Source: an uncultured delta proteobacterium (GTDB taxonomy: Bacteria > Desulfobacterota > BSN033 > UBA1163). From it: a stretch of DNA of 64,000 nucleotides. Within the stretch, counting starts at the first letter, position 1. Every line of letters starts with the position of its first letter. The stretch is from assembly GCA_963708295.1 (NCBI GenBank), contig CAVPSJ010000014.1, forward strand, positions 306,491 through 370,490, written 5' to 3'. Position numbers and translations under genes: made by a program. The notes below the pieces were generated by a model. The model searched no databases, had not been told where the DNA came from, and was given only the letters and a program-made list of their open reading frames with translations. Below, piece by piece: positions 1 to 9,811 of the stretch.

Positions 1-594
1 TTCACCAGCCCCCAGGCATCGTTGGAGAGCTTGGAGTTTGCGGAGGAGGCCGGCCTGGCGGTGGTCATCGGCACGACCGGTTTGAGCCCCGAGCAGATTG
101 AAAGAGTCAAGGATCTTTCAAAAAGCGTCCGGTGTGTCTTCTCGCCCAACATGAGTGTCGGAGTGAATGTGATGTTCAGGATCGTCCAGGAAGTTGCCCG
201 GGTTCTCGGTCCGGATTATGACATCGAGATTGTCGAGGCCCATCACCGCCTGAAAAAAGATTCACCCAGCGGAACAGCAGTCAAACTGGGAGAGCTGATC
301 GCCAAGGCCGTCGGACGGGATTTTGGCAAGGTGGGCGTCTACGGCAGAAAAGGGATGGTGGGCGAGAGGACAAAAGACGAGATCGGGATGCAGGTGATCC
401 GGGCTGGAGACATCGTGGGAGAACACACGGTCCTCTTCGGAGGAATCGGCGAGAGGCTGGAGATCATCCATCGTGCTCACAGCCGGGACAACTTCGCCCG
501 CGGTGCAGTCAGGGCGGCGTTCTGGGTGGTGAATCAACCGAACGGCCTTTACGATATGCAGGATGTGCTGGGACTCAGAGAAAGGGAAAAATAG
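1..594 (+). CDS. dapB: 4-hydroxy-tetrahydrodipicolinate reductase (5'-truncated by the window edge)
   Basis: Frame is open from base 1 (FTSPQAS...). Motifs VIGTTG, SPNMSVGVN, EAHHRLKKDSPSGTA, RAGDIVGEH and FARGA. Confidence 0.96.
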   Translation, partial: FTSPQASLESLEFAEEAGLAVVIGTTGLSPEQIERVKDLSKSVRCVFSPNMSVGVNVMFRIVQEVARVLGPDYDIEIVEAHHRLKKDSPSGTAVKLGELIAKAVGRDFGKVGVYGRKGMVGERTKDEIGMQVIRAGDIVGEHTVLFGGIGERLEIIHRAHSRDNFARGAVRAAFWVVNQPNGLYDMQDVLGLREREK

Positions 595-979
595 TCCACA
601 CTGATCACGACGTAAATCTTGCGCTTTCCCGCAATCTTATTCGGGAACAATCCACTAGGCCTGTCCGTTTTTTTGAAGTCGTCTACCGATTGGAAAAGAA
701 CTCTTCTTGTCTGTTCCTTTTACGGCATTCCCCGTTAAAATAGCGCGCTTTTGACCTCAGAATACAAATTTACCCCTATTCCGCAAACACACCTTTTTCG
801 GTATCGTGAAAAAGGCCTGGATAAGAAGCCATGATCGTGTCTTCTTAGCACCCTTCGGATTCCAAAGCCTTGAGTGCTAAACTCTGGCTCTTTTGATCGC
901 CCTGGAAGCAACGATCAGAATCTGGTCATCGGTCACAGGCCGCCGAATCTCCGCAAGGGTTTGAACTTCAACCTTTGTG

Positions 980-2242
980 CTATCTTCGTTCCACAATGGT
1001 GCATATGCCGAGCCCGCCGCCGCCACAGATGGTCAGCAGGCCGTATCTCACGCGCCTTCGCACCATCTCATGCACCAGGGTGACCAATCTCATGACACCC
1101 GTCGCCCCGATCGGATGGCCGAGAGAGATGCCCGAGCCGTTGACATTCACCTTCGTCTCAAGGTCTTGAGGCTTCAGGCCCATCAGTTTCGCATCGGCCA
1201 GGGTTTGGACAGCGAAGGCCTCTTGAATCTCGATCAAGTCCATCTGGTCAATGGTGAGGCCGGCCCTCTTGAGAGCTTTGCTTACCGCAATCGGTACAGC
1301 CGGATAAGTGAGAGTGGGATCCGCCCCGCCGATGCCGAACGATTTGATATAGGCCAACGGCTTGAGACCGTGCTGACTTGCTTTTTCCAGTGTCATCAGG
1401 ACGATCGCTGCCGCCCCGTCGTTCTCGCTCGACGAGTTGCCTGCGGTACATACGCCACCCGCATAAACAGGTTTTAGTTTAGCCAGCTGTTCCAGTGTTG
1501 TCTCACGACGGGGGGTCTCATCTATACTGAAGAGATCTTCCCCGCCTTTCCCGGGAACGGGCACAGGAACAATCTCCTCCTTGAATTTTCCCGAATCCAT
1601 GGCGGCAATCGCTTTCTGATGGGAACGGATCGACCATTGATCCGCTTCGGACCGACTGATGTTTTCGTTCTTTGCAGCTGTTTCTGCCCAGGTCATCATA
1701 GAGTTGAGCTCGCCAAAACGCTCGATCGGTTGATGCATGGGCCGGCCGCGCTGTATCCTATCGTAGAGGGGAATCCCCCACAAATTCAGGCTTCCGTGCT
1801 GTCTCGGGAAAAATCCCCACTTGGGATCTGTTTTGCCCCCGACCCCCCACTTGAGGAACTCGCCGGGAATATAGAACTCTGCACGGCTCATGCTGTCTGC
1901 CCCGGCGGAAACGACGACCTCCGCATATTCAGCCTGTATTTCCATGGCCGCGGTCCACAGGGAGGCGACTCCGCCGCAACAACGCCTGTCAACCGTCATA
2001 CCCGGAACCTCAACCGGCCAGCCTGCCTTGAGCAGAGCCAGCCGTGCAAGGTTGGGCGATTCACCTCCGGCGTAGGCCTGCGATAAAACGACATCATCGA
2101 CCTCTATCGGCTTAACGTTTGAAAGCTTCACGACCTCATTCAGAACCGTGGCCGCGAGTTTCTCTACCGGTACTTCGCGCATTGTTCCGCAGTAAGCTCC
2201 GATGGGTGTTCGTACGCCTGCAGTGATGACGACTTCCTTCAT
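980..2242 (-). CDS. Thiolase (acetyl-CoA C-acyltransferase family)
   Basis: RTPIG at the N-terminus, active-site Cys in DRRCCGG, ENDGAAA, QEAF (NEAF variant), GHPIGATG and CGGGG. SD aaggagg upstream. Confidence 0.93.
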   Translation of the reverse strand: MKEVVITAGVRTPIGAYCGTMREVPVEKLAATVLNEVVKLSNVKPIEVDDVVLSQAYAGGESPNLARLALLKAGWPVEVPGMTVDRRCCGGVASLWTAAMEIQAEYAEVVVSAGADSMSRAEFYIPGEFLKWGVGGKTDPKWGFFPRQHGSLNLWGIPLYDRIQRGRPMHQPIERFGELNSMMTWAETAAKNENISRSEADQWSIRSHQKAIAAMDSGKFKEEIVPVPVPGKGGEDLFSIDETPRRETTLEQLAKLKPVYAGGVCTAGNSSSENDGAAAIVLMTLEKASQHGLKPLAYIKSFGIGGADPTLTYPAVPIAVSKALKRAGLTIDQMDLIEIQEAFAVQTLADAKLMGLKPQDLETKVNVNGSGISLGHPIGATGVMRLVTLVHEMVRRRVRYGLLTICGGGGLGICTIVERR

Positions 2243-2429
2243 TAGGATACCCTCCTTCTCAGCGTTAGATGATTTAAATAAGTCTCAGGGGACTCCCGAT
2301 TTAAGATCCCCGTGCTTCCCGTGACGTGCAAAATGACTGATTGATATATACACAATTTAAGGAATTTGTTCAATCAGAACTTTCGTCTTGCCACCCCAGT
2401 TATTCTTCTGGTCACAGGATGGTTATCGA

Positions 2430-2479
2430 TAACCCCCCTTCATCCCCCCTTAAATTAAGGGGGGAATAGAGGGGGGTTA
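2430..2479. repeat. REP-like intergenic palindrome (same family as 18271-18314)
   Basis: taaccccccttcatccccccttaaattaaggggggaatagaggggggtta, a nested inverted repeat. Confidence 0.7.
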
Positions 2480-2690
2480 GTTTGGCTGCATGAGCATCAA
2501 CGAGGGAGAGTGGGATTGAATGTCATTAAGAGCCTTGATCTCGATTACCTCAACGCGGGCCTTGTGAAGCCTCGGAGGGGATTTACCCTGGTGGCGGGAA
2601 AGGAACTTTCGTTAAGTCAAGAAATAAGGTGCATTCACCCGGGCATATCTCACAAGGAGATTTGAAGTGGCTGGTTCTCGAAGGGTTTCT

Positions 2691-2963
2691 TTATCTCCAT
2701 TTATAAATGATACCGTTTGAATCGACGAAGAACGTATACGTCCAAAGATAGCCGCCATACCATCCTGTGGGAACCCATTGCTCCCAGATATAGACACTTC
2801 CGCCTTTCCCATCAGGAGTCACTCGTGTAGGGGGACCCAGGTGTTCTCTAACCGTGGAAATAGGTTGGCCAATTTCGCCCCGCGGGAGTTGGTCGATTGC
2901 GGAACATCCGAAACTCAAAATGAATAATAACAAAATCACCCATTTAGCAAATATTGGCTTCAT
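2691..2963 (-). CDS. Small predicted lipoprotein of unknown function
   Basis: Basic N-terminus, hydrophobic core and lipobox-like SFGC. LGPP motif. SD gaagga. Confidence 0.6.
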   Translation of the reverse strand: MKPIFAKWVILLLFILSFGCSAIDQLPRGEIGQPISTVREHLGPPTRVTPDGKGGSVYIWEQWVPTGWYGGYLWTYTFFVDSNGIIYKWR

Positions 2964-3014
2964 TCAGATTCCTTCTTCTTTTTTTAATATATCTATTACA
3001 CTCATCATTATCAA

Positions 3015-3054
3015 TAAAAAATAAGAAACCCCATTTCCTTTTGAGAAATGGGGT
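3015..3054 (-). terminator. Rho-independent terminator downstream of the Mo/W enzyme gene
   Basis: 10-bp stem accccatttc/gaaatggggt followed by a U-rich tract on the minus strand. Confidence 0.65.
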
Positions 3055-3100
3055 CCTAAATTCACTTCCACGTTCTTATCGGTAACGGCGACCAAAAATA

Positions 3101-5446
3101 TTACGCCTTGGTCATTCTGCAGGGGACGCCCCTGATCTGTCCGGCGCCGTCGATCGGATCAAGCGGGCCATCCAGCGTGTGTGAAAGGTTGATATTGGGC
3201 TGCAACCTTTTTGCCATTTCCCTCTCCTCCGCCTGGTGAAAATGTGAATTGCCCCAGATGACCTTCGGATGAAGTTGAGGAGCGAAGACGACTTTCCTTC
3301 TGAAACGGTTCTTGTTTTGATGGGTCTCGATCCACACCCACTCCCCTTCCTTTATTCCCATCTCTTTTGCTGTCTCCGGATGAACCTCAATAATCGGGTC
3401 CGGCACCCTTTTTCGGCGGGTCGGCAGATTCAGGCCGAGCCCGTGGTAGATCTCCAGTGTCCTGCCGTCCGTGAGGATGAGGGGATAAGCGTTCAAGACA
3501 TCTGAGGAGGGATACTTCTCCTCATAGTAGGGGAGGGGATGATATCCGTACTTCTCCAGTTTGGTCGACCAGATTTCGCATTTCCCGGTCGGGGTATCGA
3601 CGCCCGGTTTGCCGTCAGGACGAAGGAGCCCCTTTTCATATTTTTTCTCAACGAGAGGGACGGAGAGAATGCCAAGCTTCTTCAATTCGGCGAATGTGAT
3701 TCCTGCCTTCTTCAGTCTGAGATTGAAAAGATCTTCAGGGGTCTTGACCTGCTCCCCAAAAGGGAGAGCCACGCCCATCTTGTTGAGGACGTCGAATAGC
3801 ACCTCGTACTCGTCACGACACTCCCCCAAAGGCTCGATCACCTTCTGCCGGGCAGCGATGAAATTGGGGTAGTTCTGAGCGTCGGCAATCTCGTCCCGCT
3901 CCAGCCAGGAAGCAGGAGGAATGATATAATCGGCGATATCCGCCGTCGGTGTTCTGAAGAAATCGACCACGACCAGGAGATCCAGTTTCTTCAGAGCCTC
4001 GATTACCCTCATACTGTCCTCGGAATGGACCACGGGGTTGCTGCTCGTCCAGAGAGCCTTGATCAGGCCGCCTTTTTCCAGATCCTTGTACCAAAGCCCG
4101 GGATGGACCTTCGACCGGATCGAATTCGGTCCGGCGAAGAGGGGATACTCCGCCGCTCCGATCTGTTTTTCCTCAGCCTTTAGGTTTCGCAAATCCCTTG
4201 ACGTATCGAGATAGGAGCTGATCGGAAACTGGACGACCCCGTTCCCTTCTCTGGCATCAAAGTTCCCGGTGACCGTGATCAGCAAACTGAGAAGGCGTGT
4301 CGTCTGGATGACATTATTATGCATGGTGGTTCCCATATGGGACAGGAGCGCAGCGGGTTTGCTCGTGGCGTAGGTCCTGGCCGCATCGATCATCTGCTTT
4401 GCGGGAACCCACGTGATCTCTTCCACTTTTTCCGGCGTAAACGGTTCAACGACCTTTGCGAACCTTTGCCAGACCGTCTCGCAGGCAACCTCTTTTCCAT
4501 CCTTTAAGGCGACCCTGAAGGTGCCGGAAAGGGCCGGCGTCATATCCGTCTTCTCATATTTCACCTCTTGGGTGTCATAGACGACAGGACGGTTTGATTT
4601 CGGGTCCCAGGCGAAATAGTTGTCAGACTTCCCTCCCTCATTTAGATCGCTCTCACGAAGAAGCCTCTTTTCATCGGTCCGTACGAGAAAGGGCGCGTTC
4701 GTCCAATCCCGGACAAAAGGCTCATCGTATAGCTTCTCCTTGATGATGACATTCAGCCAGCCCAGGGCCAGGGCATCATCGGTTGCAGGTTTGACCCTCA
4801 GCCATTGATCCGCCTCTTTAGCCACTTCATTTTTTCGGGGATCGACGACGATGAGCTTGGCGCCCTTCTTATGTCCTTCCTGGATTCTCCACCACTTCGG
4901 CGGAAAGGAGACGGCCATATTATGTCCCCACAGGACAATCGCCTTGCTGTCATAAAAATAGGACCCGGTCAGCTCGCATTTCACGTTGATCCCGTAGGTC
5001 AGGACGTCGGCCATAATATGGGGAGTGAAGCAATAGGGGCCATCGATCGTCAAATGTTGCGGAGATCCGATAGCCTGGCAAAACATACGACTGGGAATGG
5101 CTCCCCCTTTCGGATAAGTTCCGAAGCCCGCGGTAATCGATTCCGGGCCGTGTTTCTTGATGATGTCATTCAATTTCGCCGCAATCTCACCCAGCGCCTG
5201 GTCCCACGATATCTCCATCCATTTTCCTTCGCCCCGTTCGCCCGCGCGCTTCATGGGATGTCTGATTCTATCCGGATGATAGAGAAGCTCGTCATACGTG
5301 AGGCCCTTGATGCAGAGCCTTCCTTTGTTTTGAGGGTGATCCGGGTCGCCCGCGATCTTTGTGACCTTTCCGTTTTCCTTATGAACCAAGACGCCACACC
5401 CGGACATGCAACCCTCGCAAACCGTCCTGACGATCTCTTTTTCCAT
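3101..5446 (-). CDS. Mo/W-bis-PGD oxidoreductase, acetylene-hydratase-like subfamily
   Basis: N-terminal [4Fe-4S] motif CEGCMSGC...C, YHPDRIRHP, ISWDQAL, candidate metal-ligand Cys in GSP...PYCFTP, ADYIIP and a C-terminal MGD-binding domain. Start moved to MEKEIV (SD aggagg). No Tat leader. Confidence 0.88.
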   Translation of the reverse strand: MEKEIVRTVCEGCMSGCGVLVHKENGKVTKIAGDPDHPQNKGRLCIKGLTYDELLYHPDRIRHPMKRAGERGEGKWMEISWDQALGEIAAKLNDIIKKHGPESITAGFGTYPKGGAIPSRMFCQAIGSPQHLTIDGPYCFTPHIMADVLTYGINVKCELTGSYFYDSKAIVLWGHNMAVSFPPKWWRIQEGHKKGAKLIVVDPRKNEVAKEADQWLRVKPATDDALALGWLNVIIKEKLYDEPFVRDWTNAPFLVRTDEKRLLRESDLNEGGKSDNYFAWDPKSNRPVVYDTQEVKYEKTDMTPALSGTFRVALKDGKEVACETVWQRFAKVVEPFTPEKVEEITWVPAKQMIDAARTYATSKPAALLSHMGTTMHNNVIQTTRLLSLLITVTGNFDAREGNGVVQFPISSYLDTSRDLRNLKAEEKQIGAAEYPLFAGPNSIRSKVHPGLWYKDLEKGGLIKALWTSSNPVVHSEDSMRVIEALKKLDLLVVVDFFRTPTADIADYIIPPASWLERDEIADAQNYPNFIAARQKVIEPLGECRDEYEVLFDVLNKMGVALPFGEQVKTPEDLFNLRLKKAGITFAELKKLGILSVPLVEKKYEKGLLRPDGKPGVDTPTGKCEIWSTKLEKYGYHPLPYYEEKYPSSDVLNAYPLILTDGRTLEIYHGLGLNLPTRRKRVPDPIIEVHPETAKEMGIKEGEWVWIETHQNKNRFRRKVVFAPQLHPKVIWGNSHFHQAEEREMAKRLQPNINLSHTLDGPLDPIDGAGQIRGVPCRMTKA

Positions 5447-5690
5447 GTTTCTCCTCCTGGAAGCAACTCTGGTCTTCATCATATGCTTTTCTTCCGGGTT
5501 TTTCAATCTAGACTTGGTTCACGGGAAAAAGAAGGATATCTATGCAGAACGTGCCTCACAGGAAAATTAGGATGATTGGCTCCTGGAGGACAAGGATTGG
5601 GGAGAAAAGACTGTTGTCAGAATAGGTTGGACTAAGATATCGGCCTGGCCAGGTACGTCCCGCACGAACTTTCCCTAAACCGAACGTATC

Positions 5691-6854
5691 CTAAACTTTC
5701 ACCGGTGCAGAACCTTGTTCTGCATTTTTTCGCCGTTTATACTGATTCCTAATGATGTTCTGTATCGGACGCTCGAAACCAATAAAGGTAAGATACGATA
5801 GAGGAATAAGTATTAAGAAGTAAAGCACAAAATAGACAGGATTCAAATAAAATTCAGGGTTCAACATCCCATAGCTGACCAATAGCCCAAACACTAGCTG
5901 AAGAGGGAAATGCAATAGATATAATGAGTATGTGATATCTCCAATCCAAGAAAGTTCCTTTAAAAAGTGGTTCTTGTCAATCTCGATTAGAGCGAGGCCG
6001 CACACTGTGAAAGGATAGAAAATATAATAACGAAATCCGGTTAAAAGAACTTTTCCTGTAATTCCAATTTCAAAAATAAAATCACTAAATTTAAAAACAT
6101 AGAAATCAAGTATAATGAGCACCCAAGAAAGTGCCGCCACAATATAAACGAACAACTTTGCTTTATGCAACTTTGCTGATATAAGAAACGTCAAGTGAAA
6201 TACTGCTCCTCCTAAAAAAAATAACGCCAACCCTGTAAAAAAAACATGGTGAGCAAATAGAGCAACGGCAAAGGACAGGATCGAAGTGCCTAAGCAAAAG
6301 AACACTCCTCCTTGGCGGAAATACGCGACAGCAAAAAATACAAAATATAGAAGAATCTCAATTGATACTACCCACACAGGGGCATTAAATGACCAACCAC
6401 GCTCCAAGCCCCATTTGGAAGCAAAGCCTAAATTTAGAATAAAATGATAAATATCATTAAACGGGTAAACAAACGAATTACCATTATGTAAGATGTACAC
6501 ATGCTGAAGCAATGCAACAATGAGTAGTGTCAAAAAATGTAAAGGCCATAATCGGGAAAAGCGCTTTAGCCAAAACTCACCAAAACTTAAGTGCTTATTT
6601 TCTATAGGCGTCCTATAAAGCCAAAAGAAAGTAAAACCTGAAAGAATAAAGAAGTATTCAACGGCCGTAAAACCTTTTTCATAAAAAATCCTAAATATTG
6701 CATATAAAGGCTCGCCTGCTCTGTTAAAGTTCTCGGAAAGAGAATTGCTAATGGATCCGAAATGCTGCCAATGCCATATCACCACCGCCAACGTAGCGAT
6801 ACCTCTCGATACATTCAAGGCGTAAAACCTTTTTGGCCAGGTATTACTATTCAT
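5691..6854 (-). CDS. Membrane acyltransferase (Acyl_transf_3/OafA-like)
   Basis: RGIATLAVVIWH, AVEYFFILSGF, KRFSRLWPLH, WVVSIEILLY, GDITYSLYLLH. Visibly AT-rich relative to its neighbours. Confidence 0.88.
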   Translation of the reverse strand: MNSNTWPKRFYALNVSRGIATLAVVIWHWQHFGSISNSLSENFNRAGEPLYAIFRIFYEKGFTAVEYFFILSGFTFFWLYRTPIENKHLSFGEFWLKRFSRLWPLHFLTLLIVALLQHVYILHNGNSFVYPFNDIYHFILNLGFASKWGLERGWSFNAPVWVVSIEILLYFVFFAVAYFRQGGVFFCLGTSILSFAVALFAHHVFFTGLALFFLGGAVFHLTFLISAKLHKAKLFVYIVAALSWVLIILDFYVFKFSDFIFEIGITGKVLLTGFRYYIFYPFTVCGLALIEIDKNHFLKELSWIGDITYSLYLLHFPLQLVFGLLVSYGMLNPEFYLNPVYFVLYFLILIPLSYLTFIGFERPIQNIIRNQYKRRKNAEQGSAPVKV

Positions 6855-6869
6855 CGTTGTTATTATGCT

Positions 6870-8138
6870 TCATGGAAGATTTTCAGGTGAACCATCAGAA
6901 AGGAGTTTGTCGACCAGTTGAAGAGGATGAAGGACTTGGATGCGGTCTTTCTCGGTCAGATTCCCGCCGATGGTGACCCGGCAGCCCGGGCATCCGGTAA
7001 CGACGATAGAAGCTCCTGTCTCCCGGATGTTCTTTAATTTATTTTCCGTGATTCCTCTGGAAATCTGGGGAAAGTCGAACTGGAAAGACCCTCCGCCCCC
7101 GCAGCAGATGTTGGCATCTTTCATTTCGACAAATTCCACCCCGGGCAGAGCCTTCAATATCTTTCGAGGTGGCTGGCTTATACCTTGTGCCCTTACCAGG
7201 TGGCAGGGGTCGTGGTAGGTCACCCGAATCTTCTCCCCGCTTCCGTCCTTTCGGAACGGGAGAAGATGAATCCTCTCGGCGACATATTCCATGACATCAA
7301 CGGTTTTCTTACTCAAGGCTTCGGCCTGGGTTGTATCCATTCCTTTTCTTTTCAGCAAGGCGATATATTCTTTCTTAAAGGCCGCTCCGCACGTGGCGCA
7401 GTCCACAATGACGGTTTGGACCTCCTCGCGCGCCATGGCCGCAATATTCTTCTCCACATTGCTGAAAGGGATATCCGCTTCTCCTGATAAGATGGGGGCG
7501 ATGCCGCAGCAGTCCTGCCCGGATGGGATGTCTATCTGCAATTGCAGCTTCTTCAGGATGCTTACCACTGCCTGACCGACATCCTCTGCAAAATAGTTGG
7601 TGAAACAGCCAGTGAAGTAGTAGACCCGGCCACTCGGCGTACCGTCCGGAAGAATAGTTCCATGGAAGCGGTCCCGGAAGGGTTTCGGATTGACCTTAGG
7701 CAATTTTTCGACGGGGATGTTTCCAACCCGCATGCTCTTGGCAAAGGTTTGGAGCAGCCAATTGCGTCCGAGTCTGGCGAAGATCTGCGAAGCGTGGAGA
7801 AGTTTCTCGTTTGTCAGCAGACGGAAGATGAACTGTTTTTTCCAGTTCAGTCCGTATTTCTTGATCAGCTTCGTCCGCAAATCCGTGAAGACCTGATCGT
7901 GCCGGACGCCGCTGGGGCAATTCACGACGCAGTTTTCACAGAGGAGGCAGGTCAGGATGATTTCTTTGAAGCGCTTTGAAAGCTCGACGTCGCCTTCCAG
8001 GAAGTTTTTTACCAGCTGGACTTTTCCCCGGGGGCTTGCGGCCTCCATGAGGACCTGCTGGTAGACCGGACACGCAGGGATGCAGAGGCCGCACTTATTG
8101 CACCGATCAACCATCTCCCGTGTCTCTTGTAGTTCCAT
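6870..8138 (-). CDS. glcF: Glycolate/lactate dehydrogenase iron-sulfur subunit (GlcF-like)
   Basis: Two CxxCxxCxxxCP ferredoxin motifs plus two CCG domains (YFTGC, CCG, YHDPCH, CCGGGG, GCPGC). Adjacent to glcD. Confidence 0.88.
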   Translation of the reverse strand: MELQETREMVDRCNKCGLCIPACPVYQQVLMEAASPRGKVQLVKNFLEGDVELSKRFKEIILTCLLCENCVVNCPSGVRHDQVFTDLRTKLIKKYGLNWKKQFIFRLLTNEKLLHASQIFARLGRNWLLQTFAKSMRVGNIPVEKLPKVNPKPFRDRFHGTILPDGTPSGRVYYFTGCFTNYFAEDVGQAVVSILKKLQLQIDIPSGQDCCGIAPILSGEADIPFSNVEKNIAAMAREEVQTVIVDCATCGAAFKKEYIALLKRKGMDTTQAEALSKKTVDVMEYVAERIHLLPFRKDGSGEKIRVTYHDPCHLVRAQGISQPPRKILKALPGVEFVEMKDANICCGGGGSFQFDFPQISRGITENKLKNIRETGASIVVTGCPGCRVTIGGNLTEKDRIQVLHPLQLVDKLLSDGSPENLP

Positions 8139-8243
8139 CTAATTACCCATATGGGGGATTAGGGAGATGCGGAGGTAGGGAGAAAATGAAAAGATCCTTT
8201 TTTCTCCCCAAACCCCAAGCTCCCCAAATCCCCAAATCAGAAT

Positions 8244-9626
8244 TTATGTTAGCCGGACGACTTTATCCGGGTTCAAGATATTGAGGGGATCAAAAACTCT
8301 TTTCAGATTTCGCGTAATCTCCATTGCTGCTTCCCCAATTTCAAAGGAGAGGATCTCCCTTTTTGCGATTCCGATCCCGTGTTCCCCGGTCAGGGTGCCG
8401 CCCAGCTCGACCGCTTTGAACGAAATCTCATCGATCGCTTTGACCACCCTCTCCATCTCTTCCTTATTCCGGATATCCGTCAGGATCTGGGGATGTAAGT
8501 TCCCGTCACCGGCATGAGCCACGATCGGAATCAGCAAATTGTATTTCTGGGCGATCTTGCCGACCTCCTGAAACATGGTCACCAGCTTTGTCACGGGGAC
8601 TGTGCAATCCTCTGCGATGGCGGTTGGTCTTAACCGGGCTTCGGCCCCATAGGCGGAGCGCCTGGCCCTCCAGATCTCTTCATTCTCGGCTGCAGTCTTG
8701 GCGAGCTTCACCTCATGAGCCCCCATCTCCTGTAAGAGTTTGGTCAGCCGTTCTGCCTGGTCGATGACGCCGGCCTCCGGTCCGTCGACCTCAATCAAGA
8801 GCAGGGCTTCAGCTTCCCGGGGAAGACCGATATGGGTGTAATCTTCAATAATGTTGATAAAAGTCTTGTCCAGGAGCTCCAGCGCCACGGGGAGAATTCC
8901 CATATCCAGGACTTTGAGCACTGTCTTCCCGGCATCGGCTAAATTCTTATACGCAGCCTGGAGCGTTCTTTTGGCCTCCGGTAAAGGAATCAACTTCAAG
9001 ATGATTTCGGTGATAAGGCCCAGGGTTCCCTCCGAGCCGCAGAAGAGTTGGGTCAGATTGTATCCCGTGACATTCTTAATCGTCTTTCCCCCTGTCCGCA
9101 AAACCTGACCGGAGGCCAGGACGACCTCCATCCCGAGAAGGTAATCCTTGGTCACGCCATATTTTACGGCCCTGGGGCCGCCCGCATTTTCCGCCACATT
9201 TCCTCCCATCGTCGTGACCGCCATGCTTCCGGGGTCAGGAGGATAGTAGAGACCGTATTTGGCGAGCTCTTTCTGAAAATCCATATTGACCACACCGGGT
9301 TGAACGACGGCAACCCGATTCTCTTTATCGATATCGAGAATTTTGTTCATTTTGGTAAAGGTGAGGGCGATCCCTCCACGGATCGGAACGGATCCGCCGG
9401 TGAGGTTGGTAGCAGCTCCCCGGGCCGTCACGGGGATTTTTTCCCTGGTGGCAACTTTCATAATCTTTGAGACTTCTTCGGTCGTCACCGGGAAAAGAAC
9501 GACGTCCGGTTGGCTTTTCACCATGAAGGCGTCGTAGGAATAGATCAGGAGATCTTCCTTCTCGTCCAGGTACCTATCGGGCCCCACAATGCCTTTCAAC
9601 TCCGCCTTAAGTTCATTGCTCAGCAT
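8244..9626 (-). CDS. glcD: FAD-linked 2-hydroxyacid dehydrogenase (GlcD-like)
   Basis: YPPDPGS, GGNVAENAGG, KYGVT, GSEGTLG, AHAGDGNLHP, GEHGIG, LNPDK. Start MLSNEL follows SD ggagg. Confidence 0.9.
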   Translation of the reverse strand: MLSNELKAELKGIVGPDRYLDEKEDLLIYSYDAFMVKSQPDVVLFPVTTEEVSKIMKVATREKIPVTARGAATNLTGGSVPIRGGIALTFTKMNKILDIDKENRVAVVQPGVVNMDFQKELAKYGLYYPPDPGSMAVTTMGGNVAENAGGPRAVKYGVTKDYLLGMEVVLASGQVLRTGGKTIKNVTGYNLTQLFCGSEGTLGLITEIILKLIPLPEAKRTLQAAYKNLADAGKTVLKVLDMGILPVALELLDKTFINIIEDYTHIGLPREAEALLLIEVDGPEAGVIDQAERLTKLLQEMGAHEVKLAKTAAENEEIWRARRSAYGAEARLRPTAIAEDCTVPVTKLVTMFQEVGKIAQKYNLLIPIVAHAGDGNLHPQILTDIRNKEEMERVVKAIDEISFKAVELGGTLTGEHGIGIAKREILSFEIGEAAMEITRNLKRVFDPLNILNPDKVVRLT

Positions 9627-9660
9627 GGGTTCCAACCTCCCGGCCACACATGAAATGTGT

Positions 9661-9800
9661 CAAATTCCAAGCACCAAATCCCAAACTCCCAAGAATACTA
9701 CTCCGCCATATACACCCCATCCCCCTCCTTGCCTCCCCCTTGAAGGGGGAGGAATACCGATTTCCCTCCTCCTGAAGGGGAGGGAAATGGTGGGAGTGTG
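9661..9800. repeat. Heptamer-like repeats plus REP-like paired hairpins
   Basis: caaattccaagcaccaaatcccaaactcccaa, then cctcccccttgaagggggagg and ttccctcctcctgaaggggagggaa. Confidence 0.65.
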
Positions 9801-9811
9801 ATGATACCATT

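Noticed and set aside
845-880. CIRCE-like inverted repeat TTAGCACCC-N18-GAGTGCTAA
   Set aside because: The spacer is 18 nt rather than 9, and it lies between convergent genes with no chaperone gene. More likely a terminator-type hairpin or chance.
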